Assembly (NCBI GenBank): GCA_964016885.1
Contig: OZ024741.1
Span: 253,332,001 to 253,396,000, forward strand
DNA: 64,000 nucleotides
Direction: 5' to 3'
DNA from: Eledone cirrhosa
Lineage: Eukaryota
Below, in pieces: positions 24,269 through 41,000 of the stretch. The notes beneath the pieces are model-generated. The model was not told the origin of the DNA. It saw only the letters and a program-made list of their open reading frames with translations, and made no database searches. The position numbers and the translations under genes were made by a program. Numbering within the stretch: position 1 is the stretch's first letter; each line of letters opens with the position of its first letter.

Positions 24269-24974
24269 AAACAGGAATAACTAGGCTAGAAGAATTGGCC
24301 AGAAGGAGAAATTTTTGGAGAGTTCATTCTTTGACATATGTTTCTGCACAATAATCGTCTGACTGCAAAATCCCATGCATTCCAATTGCATGCATTACGC
24401 AATAAATTATTACACTTCATCAGAAAGAGAAAAATTGTTGTAGTTAAAGATGAGGTTGTCACATTTCTTACAACAAGCATCACTCACTGCTAACAGATCT
24501 GAGGTAAAAACTACTGACATCTGATGATGATGATGATGATATACACATATATCAAAAAAATACATGGGACATAAAAAGGGCACAGGGAAGACAGATACAT
24601 GGACAGTTCCCACTCATCAGCTGTTTTCTGGGAATCATAGTTCTGGATGTTTTAAAGACAGGAATAATCAGTAGTATCTAAAGAAAGATAGCTAATCAAG
24701 ATGAAAATACAACAGACGTTGGGCAAGAATATATATATATATATATGCAGGAGATCCATAGATAAACAGTCAAGGATAACAATGCTCAATCTATTGCAAG
24801 AGAGTTTTTTTTGTTGTAATTTTGTCCTGGTGTCTGATGAGTGACCAGTTTTGAAACAGCTTCTCAACTATTCAATGGTGGCCATAACTGGACCATGAAA
24901 CCTAAGGTCATGCACACATGTTAAGTGTATGAAATTTTAATTATACTATATACATACATAGATATTTATATATA

Positions 24975-25203
24975 TCATCGTTATCATCAAGACCATTTTT
25001 CCATGCTGGCATGGGTTAGACGAGATGTTCCATTGTGAGAAAAGCCAGATCAGATGTCCATGTCTTGCACATACAGAACTGATTTTGGCCTGGTTTCTAC
25101 AGCTGAATGCCTTTCCTAATGCCAACCACATTTACAGTGTGTACTGGGAGATTTTTGTCATGACACCTACACAACCCTTTACAGTGTAGACTGGGTGCTT
25201 TAT
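24975..25203 (-). mobile_element. SINE family C, 5'-truncated
   Basis: ttttccatgctggcatgggttagacg...tggtttctacagctgaatgcctttcctaatgccaaccacatttacagtgtg. Confidence 0.8.
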
Positions 25204-25719
25204 ATATATAGTTACTCTAAACATAACCACATCACTTTCTAATTATGAACAGCTATTTTAAATAACAACTATTCTGAAGTAATCAAAAACAAACAAAAAA
25301 ATTGTTATTTGTTATAACAGTTATTAAAAGACAGAGCCATTGAATTAGACAAGTTCGAAAATACAGGCAATTCTTGAAATATTTCAGGGAGGAAATGGAT
25401 AACTTTCCAAACAATGCTTCTTCTAATTCCTTTGATCATTCTAAGAAGTTTTCCAGACAAGTAGAATTATCAAGAATGGTTATTGAAATCAGCAATTCTA
25501 AATTGATTTCCGGCTGTTTAGTAATCTCTTCTGTGACTTTGTGAACTAGTACTGTTGCAAAATTACAAGACAGTCTGGCTACCATGCACTCCAAGCTATA
25601 TTTAGACGAAACAAAAGCTGATTTCCTATACCAAAAATACTAATCACTGCAAAAAGTTCCAGAACTTTCTATAACATCTTGTATGGTCTTATATTCTTAT
25701 AGCTTTCTCTAGATCATCA

Positions 25720-26010
25720 GTACCAATAATGTTTACCATACCATTAATGGCAGTCATACCATCAATGACATTAATGGATGCCATACCATTAATACTACTA
25801 ATAAATACCATACTATCAATACCAGTAATTGTTGACATACCATTTGCAGCTGTCATACCATCAATACCATTAATGGATGCCATACTATTAATACTGCTAA
25901 TAACTACCATACCATCAATACCAGTAATTGTTGACGTACCATTTGCAGCTGTCATACCATCAATGCCATTAATGGCCACCACATCATCAATACCACTGAT
26001 AACTGCCATA
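25720..26010. repeat. Degenerate edge of the satellite with a 99-bp duplication
   Basis: gtcataccatcaat recurs at 25752, 25851 and 25950; built from the same 27- and 18-bp subunits as the main array. Confidence 0.85.
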
Positions 26011-29000
26011 CCATCAATATAACAAATGACTACCATACCATTAACACCAGTCATACCATCAATACCACTGATAACTGGCATACCATAAATATAACTAATG
26101 ACTACCATACCATTAACACCAGTCATACCATCAATACCACTGATAACTGCCATACCATCAGTAAAACTAATGGCTACCATACCATTAACACCAGTCATAC
26201 CATCAATATCACTGATAACTGCCATACCATCAATATAACTAATGGCTACCATACCATTAACACCAGTCATACCATCAATACCACTGATAACTGCCATACC
26301 ATCAATAAAACTAATGGCTACCATACCATTAACACCAGTCATACCATCAATATCAGTGATAACTGCCATACCATCAATATAACTAATGGCTACCATAACA
26401 TTAACACCAGTCATACACTCAATACCACTGATAACTGCCATACCATCAATAAAACTAATGGCTACCATACCATTAAAACCAGTCATACCATCAATATCAC
26501 TGATAACTGCCATACCATCAATATAACTAATGGCTACCATACCATTAACACCAGTCATACCATCAATATCACTGATAACTGCCATACCATCAATATAACT
26601 AATGGCTACCATACCATTAACACCAGTCATACCATCAATACCACTGATAACTGCCATACCATCAATAAAACTAATGGCTACCATACCATTAACACCAGTC
26701 ATACCATCAATATCACTGATAACTGCCATACCATCAATATAACTAATGGCTACCATAACATTAACACCAGTCATACCATCAATATCACTGATAACTGCCA
26801 TACCATCAATATAACTAATGGCTACCATACCATTAACACCACTCATACCATCAATATAACTGATAACTGCCATACCATCAATATAACTAATAGCTACCAT
26901 ACCATTAACACCAGTCATACCATCAATATCACTGATAACTGCCATACCATCAATATAAATAATGGCTACCATATCATTAACACAAGTCATACCATCAATA
27001 CCACTGATAACTGCCATACCATCATTATAACTAATGGCTACCATACCATTAACACCAGTCATACCATCAATACCACTGATAACTGCCATACCATCAATAT
27101 AACTAATGGCTACCATACCATTAACACCAGTCATACCATCAATATCACTGATAACTGCCATACCATCAATATAACTAATGGCTACCATACCATTAACACC
27201 AGTCATACCATCAATACCACTGATAACTGCCATACCATCAATATAACTAATGGCTACCAAACCATTAACACCAGTCATACCATCAATATCACTGATAACT
27301 GCCATACCATCAATATAACTAATAGCTACCATACCATTAACACCAGTCATACCATCAATATCACTGATAACTGCCATACCATCAATATAACTAAGGGCTA
27401 CCATACCATTAACACCAGTCATACCATCAATATCACTGATAACTGCCATACCATCAATATAACTAATAGCTACCATACCATTAACACCAATGATACCATC
27501 AATATCACTGATAACTGCCATACCATCAATATAACTAATGGCTACCATACCATTAACACCAGTCATACCATCAATATCACTGATAACTGCCATACCATCA
27601 ATATAACTAATGGCTACCATACCATTAACACCAGTCATAGCATCAATACCACTGATAACTGCCATACCATCAATAAAACTAATGGCTACCATACCATTAA
27701 CACCAGTCATACCATCAATATCACTGATAACTGCCATACCATCAATATAACTAATGGCTACCATAACATTAACACCAGTCATACCATCAATATCACTGAT
27801 AACTGCCATACCATCAATATAACTAATGGCTACCATACCATTAACACCACTCATACCATCAATACCACTGATAACTGCCATACCATCAATATAACTAATA
27901 GCTACCATACCATTAACACCAGTCATACCATCAATATCACTGATAACTGCCATACCATCAATATAACTAATGGCTACCATATCATTAACACAAGTCATAC
28001 CATCAATACCACTGATAACTGCCATACCATCATTATAACTAATGGCTACCATACCATTAACACCAGTCATACCATCAATACCACTGATAACTGCCATACC
28101 ATCAATATAACTAATGGCTACCATACCATTAACACCAGTCATACAGTCAATATCACTGATAACTGCCATACCATGAAAAAAACTAATGGCTACCATACCA
28201 TTAACACCAGTCATACCATCAATATCACTGATAACTGCCATACCATCAATATAACTAATGGCTACCATACCATTAACACTAGTCATACCATCAATACCAC
28301 TGATAACTGCCATACCATCAATATAACTAAAGGCTACCATACCATTAACACCAGTCATACCATCAATACCACTGATAACTGCCATAGCATCAATATAACT
28401 AATGGCTACCATACCATTAACACCAGTCATACCATCAATATCACTGATAATTGCCATACCATCAATATAACTAATGGCTACCGTACCATTAACACCAGTC
28501 ATACCATCAATACCACTGATAACTGCCATACCATAAAAAAAACTAATGGCTACAATACCATTAACACCAGTCATACCATCAATACCACTGATAACTGCCA
28601 TACCATCAATATAACTAATGGGTACCATACCATTAACACCAGTCATACCATCAATACCACTGATAACTGCCATACCATCAATATAACTAATAGCTACCAT
28701 ACCATTAACACCAATCATACCATCAATATCACTGATAACTGCCATACCATCAATATAACTAATAGCTACCATACCATTAACACCAGTCATACCATCAATA
28801 TCACTGATAACTGCCATACCATCAATATAACTAAGGGCTACCATACCATTAACACCAGTCATACCATCAATATCACTGATAACTGCCATACCATCAATAT
28901 AACTAATAGCTACCATACCATTAACACCAATGATACCATCAATATCACTGATAACTGCCATACCATCAATATAACTAATGGCTACCATACCATTAACACC

Positions 29001-32000
29001 ATTCATACCATCAATATCACTGATAACTGCCATACCATCAATATAACTAATGGCTACCATACCATTAACACCAGTCATAGCATCAATACCACTGATAACT
29101 GCCATACCATCAATAAAACTAATGGCTACCATACCATTAACACCAGTCATACCATCAATATCACTGATAACTGCCATACCATCAATATAACTAATGGCTA
29201 CCATAACATTAACACCAGTCATACCATCAATATCACTGATAACTGCCATACCATCAATATAACTAATGGCTACCATACCATTAACACCACTCATACCATC
29301 AATACCACTGATAACTGCCATACCATCACTATAACTAATAGCTACCATACCATTAACACCAGTCATACCATCAATATCACTGATAACTGCCATACCATCA
29401 ATATAACTAATGGCTACCATATCATTAACACAAGTCATACCATCAATACCACTGATAACTGCCATACCATCATTATAACTAATGGCTACCATACCATTAA
29501 CACCAGTCATACCAACAATACCACTGATAACTGCCATACCATCAATATAACTAATGGCTACCATACCATTAACACCAGTCATACAGTCAATATCACTGAT
29601 AACTGCCATACCATAAAAAAAACTAATGGCTACCATACCATTAACACCAGTCATACCATCAATATCACTGATAACTGCCATACCATCAATATAACTAATG
29701 GCTACCATACCATTAACACTAGTCATACCATCAATACCACTGATAACTGCCATACCATCAATATAACTAATGGCTACCATACCATTAACACCAGTCATAC
29801 CATCAATACCACTGATAACTGCCATACCATCAATATAACTAATGGCTACCATACCATTAACACCAGTCATACCATCAATATCACTGATAATTGCCATACC
29901 ATCAATATAATTAATGGCTACCGTACCATTAACACCAGTCATACCATCAATACCACTGATAACTGCCATACCATAAAAAAAACTAATGGCTACAATACCA
30001 TTAACACCAGTCATACCATCAATACCACTGATAACTGCCATACCATCAATATAACTAATGGGTACCATACCATTAACACCAGTCATACCATCAATACCAC
30101 TGATAACTGCCATACCATCAATATAACTAATAGCTACCATACCATTAACACCAATCATACCATCAATATCACTGATAACTGCCATACCATCAATATAACT
30201 AATAGCTACCATACCATTAACACCAGTCATACCATCAATATCACTGATAACTGCCATACCATCAATATAACTAATGGCTACCATACCATTAACACCAGTC
30301 ATACCATCAATATCACTGATAACTGCCATACCATCAATATAACTAATAGCTACCATACCATTAACACCAATGATACCATCAATATCACTGATAACTGCCA
30401 TACCATCAATATAACTAATGGCTACCATACCATTAACACTAGTCATACCATCAATTCCACTGATAACTGCCATACCATCAATAAAACTAATGGCTACCAT
30501 ACCATTAACACCAGTCATACCATCAATATCACTGATAACTGCCATACCATCAATATAACTAATGGCTACCATAACATTAACACCAGTCATACACTCAATA
30601 CCACTGATAACTGCCATACCATCAATAAAACTAATGGCTACCATACCATTAACACCAGTCATACCATCAATATCATTGATAACTGCCATACCATCAATAT
30701 AACTAATGGCTACCATACCATTAACACCAGTCAAACCATCAATACCACTGATAACTGCCATACCATCAATGAAACTAATGGCTACCATACCATTACACCA
30801 GTCATACCATCAATACCACTGATAACTGCCATACCATCAATATAACTAATGACTACCATACCATTACACCAGTCATACCATCAATACTACTGATAACTGC
30901 CATACCATCAATATAACTAATGGCTACCATACCATTAACACCAGTCATACCATCAATATCACTGATAACTGCCATACCATCAATATAACTAATGGCTACC
31001 ATATCATTAACACAAGTCATACCATCAATACCACTGATAACTGCCATACCATCAATATAACTAATGGCTACCATACCATTAACACCAGTCATACCATCAA
31101 TATCACTGATAACTGCCATACCATCAATATAACTAATGGCTACCATATCATTAACACAAGTCATACCATCAATACCACTGATAACTGCCATACCATCAAT
31201 ATAACTAATGGCTACCATACCATTAACACCAGTCATACCATCAATACCACTGATAACTGCCATACCATCAATATAACTAATGGCTACCATACCATTAACA
31301 CCAGTCATACAGTCAATACCACTGATAACTGCCATACCATCAATGAAACTAATGGCTACCATACCATTAACACCAGTAATACCATCAATACCACTGATAA
31401 CTGCCATACCATCAATATAACTAATGACTACCATACCATTAACACCAGTCATACCAGCAATACCACTGATAACTGCCATACCATCAATATAACTAATGGC
31501 TACCATACCATTAACACCAGTCATACCATCAATACCACTGATAACTGCCATACCATCAATATAACTAATGGCTACCATAACATTAACGCCAGTCATACAG
31601 TCAATATCACTGATAACTGCCATACCATCAAAAAAACAAATGGCTACCATACCATTAACACCAGTCATACCATCAATATCACTGATAACTGCCATACCAT
31701 CAATATAACTAATGGCTACCATACCATTAACACCAGTCATACCATCAATACCACTGATAACTGCCATACCATCAATATAACTAATGGCTACCATACCATT
31801 AACACCAGTCATACCATCAATACCACTGATAACTGCCATTCCATCAATATAACTAATGGCTACCATAGCATTAACACCAGTCATACCATCAATACCACTG
31901 ATAACTGCCATACCATCAATATAACTAATAGCTACCATACCATTAACACCAATCATACCATCAATATCACTGATAACTGCCATACCATCAATATAACTAA

Positions 32001-35000
32001 TGGCTACCATACCATTAACACCAGTCATACCATCAATATCACTGATAACTGCCATACCATCAATATAACTAATAGCTACCATACCATTAACACCAATGAT
32101 ACCATCAATATCACTGATAACTGCCATACCATCAATATAGCTAATGTCTACCATACCATTAACACTAGTCATACCATCAATATCAGTGATAACTGCCATA
32201 CCATCAATATAACTAATGGCTACCATAACATTAACACCAGTCATACACTCAATACCACTGATAACTGCCATACCATCAATAAAACTAATGGCTACCATAC
32301 CATTAACACCAGTCATACCATCAATATCACTGATAACTGCCATACCATCAATATAACTAATGGCTACCCTAACATTAACACAAGTCATACCATCAATACC
32401 ACTGATAACTGCCATACCATCAATATAACTAATGGCTACCATATCATTAACACAAGTCATACCAGCAATACCACTGATAACTGCCATACCATTAATATAA
32501 CTAATGGCTACCATACCATTAACACCAGTCATACCATCAATACCACTGATAACTGCCATACCATCAATATAACTAATGGCTACCATACCATTAACACCAG
32601 TCATACAGTCAATATCACTGATAACTGCCATACCATCAAAAAAACTAATGGCTACCATACCATTAACACCAGTCATACCATCAATACCACTGATAACTGC
32701 CATACCATCAATATAACTAATGGGTACCATACCATTAACAGCAGTCATACCATCAATAGCACTGATAACTGCCATACCATCAATATAAGTAATGGCTACC
32801 ATACCATTAACACCAGTCATACCATCAATATCACTGATAACTGCCATACCATCAATATAACTAATGGCTACCATAGCATTAACACCAGTCATACCATCAA
32901 TACCACTGATAACTGCCATAAAATCAATATAACTAATGGCTACCATACCATTAACACCAGTCATACCATCAATACCACTGATAACTGCCATACCATCAAT
33001 ATAACTAATAGCTACCATACCATTAACACCAATCATACCATCAATATCACTGATAACTGCCATACCATCAATATAACTAATAGCTACCATACCATTAACA
33101 CCAGTCATACCATCAATATCACTGATAACTGCCATACCATCAATATAACTAATAGCTACCATACCATTAACACCAGTCATACCATCAATATCACTGATAA
33201 CTGCCATACCATCAATATAACTAATGGCTACCATACCATTAACACCAGTCATACCATTAATATCACTGATAACTGCCATACCATCAATATAACTAATAGC
33301 TACCATACCATTAACACCAGTCATACCATCAATATCACTGATAACTGCCATACCATCAATATAACTAATGGCTACCATACCATTAACACCAGTCATACCA
33401 TCAATATCACTGATAACTGCCATACCATCAATATAACTAATAGCTACCATACCATTAACACCAATGATACCATCAATATCACTGATAACTGCCATACCAT
33501 CAATATAGCTAATGTCTACCATACCATTAACACTAGTCATACCATCAATATCAGTGATAACTGCCATACCATCAATATAACTAATCGCTACCATAACATT
33601 AACACCAGTCATACACTCAATACCACTGATAACTGCCATACCATCAATAAAACTAATGGCTACCATACCATTAACACCAGTCATACCATCATTATCACTG
33701 ATAACTGCCATACCATCAATATAACTAATGGCTACCATACCATTAACACCAGTCATACCAACAATACCACTGATAACTGCCATACCATCAATATAACTAA
33801 TGGCTACCATACCATTAACACCAGTCATACCATCAATACCACTGATAACTGCCATACCATCAATATAACTAATGGCTACCATACCATTAACACCAGTCAT
33901 ACAGTCAATACCACTGATAACTGCCATATCATCAATGAAACTAATGGCTACCATACCATTAACACCAGTAATACCATCAATACCACTGATAACTGCCATA
34001 CCATCAATATAACTAATGACTACCATACCATTAACACCAGCCATACCATCAATACTACTGATAACTGCCATACCATCAATATAACTAATGGCTACCATAC
34101 CATTAACACCAGTCATACCATCAATATCACTGATAACTGCCATACCATCAATATAACTAATGGCTACCATATCATTAACACAAGTCATACCAGCAATACC
34201 ACTGATAACTGCCATACCATCAATATAACTAATGGCTACCATACCATTAACACCAGTCATACCATCAATACCACTGATAACTGCCATACCATCAATATAA
34301 CTAATGGCTACCATACCATTAACACCAGTCATACAGTCAATATCACTGATAACTGCCATACCATCAAAAAAACTAATGGCTACCATACCATTAACACCAG
34401 TCATACCATCAATAGCACTGATATCTGCCATACCATCAATATAACTAATGGGTACCATACCATTAACAGCAGTCATACCATCAATAGCACTGATAACTGC
34501 CATACCATCAATATAACTAATGGCTACCATACCATTAACACCAGTCATACCATCAATATCACTGATAACTGCCATACCATCAATATAACTAATGGCTACC
34601 ATAGCATTAACACCAGTCATACCATCAATACCACTGATAACTGCCATACCATCAATATAACTAATGGCTACCATACCATTAACACCAGTCATACCATCAA
34701 TACCACTGATAACTGCCATACCATCAATATAACTAATAGCTACCATACCATTAACACCAATCATACCATCAATATCACTGATAACTGCCATACCGTCAAT
34801 ATAACTAATAGCTACCATACCATTAACACCAGTCATACCATCAATATCACTGATAACTGCCATACCTTCAATATAACTAATAGCTACCATACCATTAACA
34901 CCAGTCATACCATCAATATCACTGATAACTGCCATACCATCAATATAACTAATGGCTACCATACCATTAACACCAGTCATACCATTAATATCACTGATAA

Positions 35001-38000
35001 CTGCCACACCATCAATATAACTAATAGCTACCATACCATTAACACCAGTCATACCATCAATATCACTGATAACTGCCATACAATCAATATAACTAATGGC
35101 TACCATACCATTAACACCAGTCATACCATCAATATCACTGATAACTGCCATACCATCAATATAACTAATGGCTACCATACCATTAACACCACTCATACCA
35201 TCAATACCACTGATAACTGCCATACCATCAGTAAAATTAATGGCTACCATACCATTAACACCAGTCATACCATCAATACCACTGATAACTGCCATACCAT
35301 CAATATAACTAATGGCTACCATACCATTAACACCAGTCATACCATCAATACCACTGATAACTGCCATACCATCAATAAAACTAATGGCTACCATAACATT
35401 AACACCAGCCATACCATCAATACCACTGATAACTGCCATACCATCAATATAACTAATGGCTACCATACCATTAACACCAGTCATACCATCAATACCACTG
35501 ATAACTGCCATACCATTAATATAACTAATGTCTACCATACCATTAACACCAGTCATACCATCAATATCACTGATAACTGCCATACCATCAATATAACTAA
35601 TGGCTACCATACCATTAACACTAGTCATACCATCAATACCACTGATAACTGCCATACCATCAATATAACTAATGGCTACCATACCATTTACACCAGTCAT
35701 ACAGTCAATATCACTGATAACTGCCATACCAACAATAAAACTAATGGCTACCATACCATTAACACCAGTCATGCCATCAATACCACTGATAACTGACATA
35801 CCATCAATATAACTAATGGCTACCATACCATTAACACCAGTCATACCATCAATATCACTGATAACTGCCATACCATCAATATAATTAATGGCTACCATAC
35901 CATTAACACCAGTCATACCATCAATACCACTGATAACTACCATACCATCAATATAACTAATGGCTACCATACCATTAACACCAGTCATACCATCAATATC
36001 ACTGATAACTGCCATAACATCAATATAACTGATAACTGCCATACCATTAACACCAGTCATACCATCAATACCACTGATAACTGCCATACCATCAATATAA
36101 CTAATGGCTACCATACCATTAACACCAGTCATACCATCAATATCACTGATAACTGCCATAACATCAATATAACTAATGGCTACCATACCATTAACACCAG
36201 TCATACCATCAATACCACTGATAACTGCCATACCATCAATATAACTAATGGCTACCATACCATTAACACCAGTCATACCATCAATACCACTGATAACTGC
36301 CATACAATCAATATAACTAATGGCTACCATACCGTTAACACCAGTCATACCATCAATACCACTGATAACTGCCATACCATCAGTAACACTAATGACTACC
36401 ATACCATTAACACCAGTCATACCATCAATACCACTGATACCTGCCATACCATCAATATAACTAATGGCTACCATAACATTAACACCAGTCATACCATTAA
36501 TACCACTGATAACTGCCATACCATCAATATAACTAATGGCTACAAATACCATTAACACCAGTCATACCATCAATACCACTGATAACTGCCATACCATCAG
36601 TATAACTAATGGCTACCATACCATTAAAACCAGTCATACCATCAATACCACTGATAACTGCCATACCATCAATATAACTAATGGCTACCATACCATTAAC
36701 ACCAGTCATACCATCAATACCACTGATAACTGTCATACCATCAGTAACACTAATGACTACAATACCATTAACACCAGTCATACCATCAATACCACTGATA
36801 CCTGCCATACCATCAATATAACTAATGGCTACCATACCATTAACACCAGTCATACCATTAATACTACTGATAACTGCCATACCATCAATATAACTAATGG
36901 CTACCATACCATGAACACCAGTCATACCATCAATACCACTGATAACTGCCATACCATCAATATAACTAATGGCTAGAATACCATTAACACCAGTCATACC
37001 ATCAATATCACTGATAACTGCCATACCATTAACACCAGTCATACCATCAATACCACTGATAACTGCCATACCATCAATATAATTAATGACTACCATACCA
37101 TTAACACCAGTCATACCATCAATACCACTTATAACTGCCATACCATCAATATAACTAATGGCTACCATGCTATTAACACCAGTCATACCATCAATACCAC
37201 TGATAACTGCCATACCATCAATATAACTAATGACTACCATACCATTAACACCAGTCATACCATCAATACCACTGATAACTGCCATACCATCAATATAACT
37301 AATGGCTACCATACCAGTAACACTAGTCATACCATCAATACCACTGATAACTGCCATACCATCAATATAACTAATGGCTACCATACCATTAACACCAGTC
37401 ATACCATCAATACCACTGATAACTGCCATACCATCAATATAACTAATGGCTACCATACCATTAACACCAGTCATACCATCAATACCACTGATAACTGCCA
37501 TACCATCAAGATAACTAATGGCTACCATACCATTAACACAAGTCATACAGTCAATATCACTGATAACTGCCATACCATCAAAAAAACTAATGGCTACAAT
37601 GCCATTAACACCAGTCATACCATCAATACCACTGATAACTGCCATACCATCAATATAACTAATGGGTACCATACCATTAACAGCAGTCATACCATCAATA
37701 GCACTGATAACTGCCATACCATCAATATAACTAATGGCTACCATGCCATTAACACCAGTCATACCATCAATATCACTGATAACTGCCATACCATCAATAT
37801 AACTAATGGCTACCATACCATTAACACCAGTCATACCATCAATACCACTGATAACTGCCATACCATCAATATAACTAATGGCTACCAAACCATTAACACC
37901 AGTCATACCATCAATATCACTGATAACTGCCATACCATCAATATAACTAATAGCTACCATACCATTAACACCAGTCATACCATCAATATCACTGATAACT

Positions 38001-41000
38001 GCCATACCATCAATATAACTAATGGCTACCATACCATTAACACCAGTCATACCATCAATATCACTGATAACTGCCATACCATCAATATAACTAACAGCTA
38101 CCATACCATTAACACCAATGATACCATCAATAGCACTGATAACTGCCATACCATCAATATAACTAATGGGTACCATACCATTAACAGCAGTCATACCATC
38201 AATAGCACTGATAACTGCCATACCATCAATATAACTAATGGCTACCATACCATTAACACCAGTCATACCATCAATATCACTGATAACTGCCATACCATCA
38301 ATATAACTAATGGCTACCATAGCATTAACACCAGTCATACCATCAATACCACTGATAACTGCCATACCATCAATATAACTAATGGCTACCATACCATTAA
38401 CACCAGTCATACCATCAATACCACTGATAACTGCCATACCATCAATATAACTAATAGCTACCATACCATTAACACCAATCATACCATCAATATCACTGAT
38501 AACTGCCATACCGTCAATATAACTAATAGCTACCATACCATTAACACCAGTCATACCATCAATATCACTGATAACTGCCATACCTTCAATATAACTAATA
38601 GCTACCATACCATTAACACCAGTCATACCATCAATATCACTGATAACTGCCATACCATCAATATAACTAATGGCTACCATACCATTAACACCAGTCATAC
38701 CATTAATATCACTGATAACTGCCACACCATCAATATAACTAATAGCTACCATACCATTAACACCAGTCATACCATCAATATCACTGATAACTGCCATACA
38801 ATCAATATAACTAATGGCTACCATACCATTAACACCAGTCATACCATCAATATCACTGATAACTGCCATACCATCAATATAACTAATGGCTACCATACCA
38901 TTAACACCACTCATACCATCAATACCACTGATAACTGCCATACCATCAGTAAAATTAATGGCTACCATACCATTAACACCAGTCATACCATCAATACCAC
39001 TGATAACTGCCATACCATCAATATAACTAATGGCTACCATACCATTAACACCAGTCATACCATCAATACCACTGATAACTGCCATACCATCAATAAAACT
39101 AATGGCTACCATAACATTAACACCAGCCATACCATCAATACCACTGATAACTGCCATACCATCAATATAACTAATGGCTACCATACCATTAACACCAGTC
39201 ATACCATCAATACCACTGATAACTGCCATACCATTAATATAACTAATGTCTACCATACCATTAACACCAGTCATACCATCAATATCACTGATAACTGCCA
39301 TACCATCAATATAACTAATGGCTACCATACCATTAACACTAGTCATACCATCAATACCACTGATAACTGCCATACCATCAATATAACTAATGGCTACCAT
39401 ACCATTTACACCAGTCATACAGTCAATATCACTGATAACTGCCATACCACCAATAAAACTAATGGCTACCATACCATTAACACCAGTCATGCCATCAATA
39501 CCACTGATAACTGACATACCATCAATATAACTAATGGCTACCATACCATTAACACCAGTCATACCATCAATATCACTGATAACTGCCATACCATCAATAT
39601 AATTAATGGCTACCATACCATTAACACCAGTCATACCATCAATACCACTGATAACTACCATACCATCAATATAACTAATGGCTACCATACCATTAACACC
39701 AGTCATACCATCAATATCACTGATAACTGCCATAACATCAATATAACTGATAACTGCCATACCATTAACACCAGTCATACCATCAATACCACTGATAACT
39801 GCCATACCATCAATATAACTAATGGCTACCATACCATTAACACCAGTCATACCATCAATATCACTGATAACTGCCATAACATCAATATAACTAATGGCTA
39901 CCATACCATTAACACCAGTCATACCATCAATACCACTGATAACTGCCATACCATCAATATAACTAATGGCTACCATACCATTAACACCAGTCATACCATC
40001 AATACCACTGATAACTGCCATACAATCAATATAACTAATGGCTACCATACCGTTAACACCAGTCATACCATCAATACCACTGATAACTGCCATACCATCA
40101 GTAACACTAATGACTACCATACCATTAACACCAGTCATACCATCAATACCACTGATACCTGCCATACCATCAATATAACTAATGGCTACCATAACATTAA
40201 CACCAGTCATACCATTAATACCACTGATAACTGCCATACCATCAATATAACTAATGGCTACAAATACCATTAACACCAGTCATACCATCAATACCACTGA
40301 TAACTGCCATACCATCAGTATAACTAATGGCTACCATACCATTAAAACCAGTCATACCATCAATACCACTGATAACTGCCATACCATCAATATAACTAAT
40401 GGCTACCATACCATTAACACCAGTCATACCATCAATACCACTGATAACTGTCATACCATCAGTAACACTAATGACTACAATACCATTAACACCAGTCATA
40501 CCATCAATACCACTGATACCTGCCATACCATCAATATAACTAATGGCTACCATACCATTAACACCAGTCATACCATTAATACTACTGATAACTGCCATAC
40601 CATCAATATAACTAATGGCTACCATACCATGAACACCAGTCATACCATCAATACCACTGATAACTGCCATACCATCAATATAACTAATGGCTAGAATACC
40701 ATTAACACCAGTCATACCATCAATATCACTGATAACTGCCATACCATTAACACCAGTCATACCATCAATACCACTGATAACTGCCATACCATCAATATAA
40801 TTAATGACTACCATACCATTAACACCAGTCATACCATCAATACCACTTATAACTGCCATACCATCAATATAACTAATGGCTACCATGCTATTAACACCAG
40901 TCATACCATCAATACCACTGATAACTGCCATACCATCAATATAACTAATGACTACCATACCATTAACACCAGTCATACCATCAATACCACTGATAACTGC

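Noticed and set aside
28173-30845. 890-aa plus-strand HTINT-repeat ORF and the 146-aa copies at 36536, 40254 and 45771
   Set aside because: Start codons are chance variants or indel products within the satellite, and this frame carries propagated stops.
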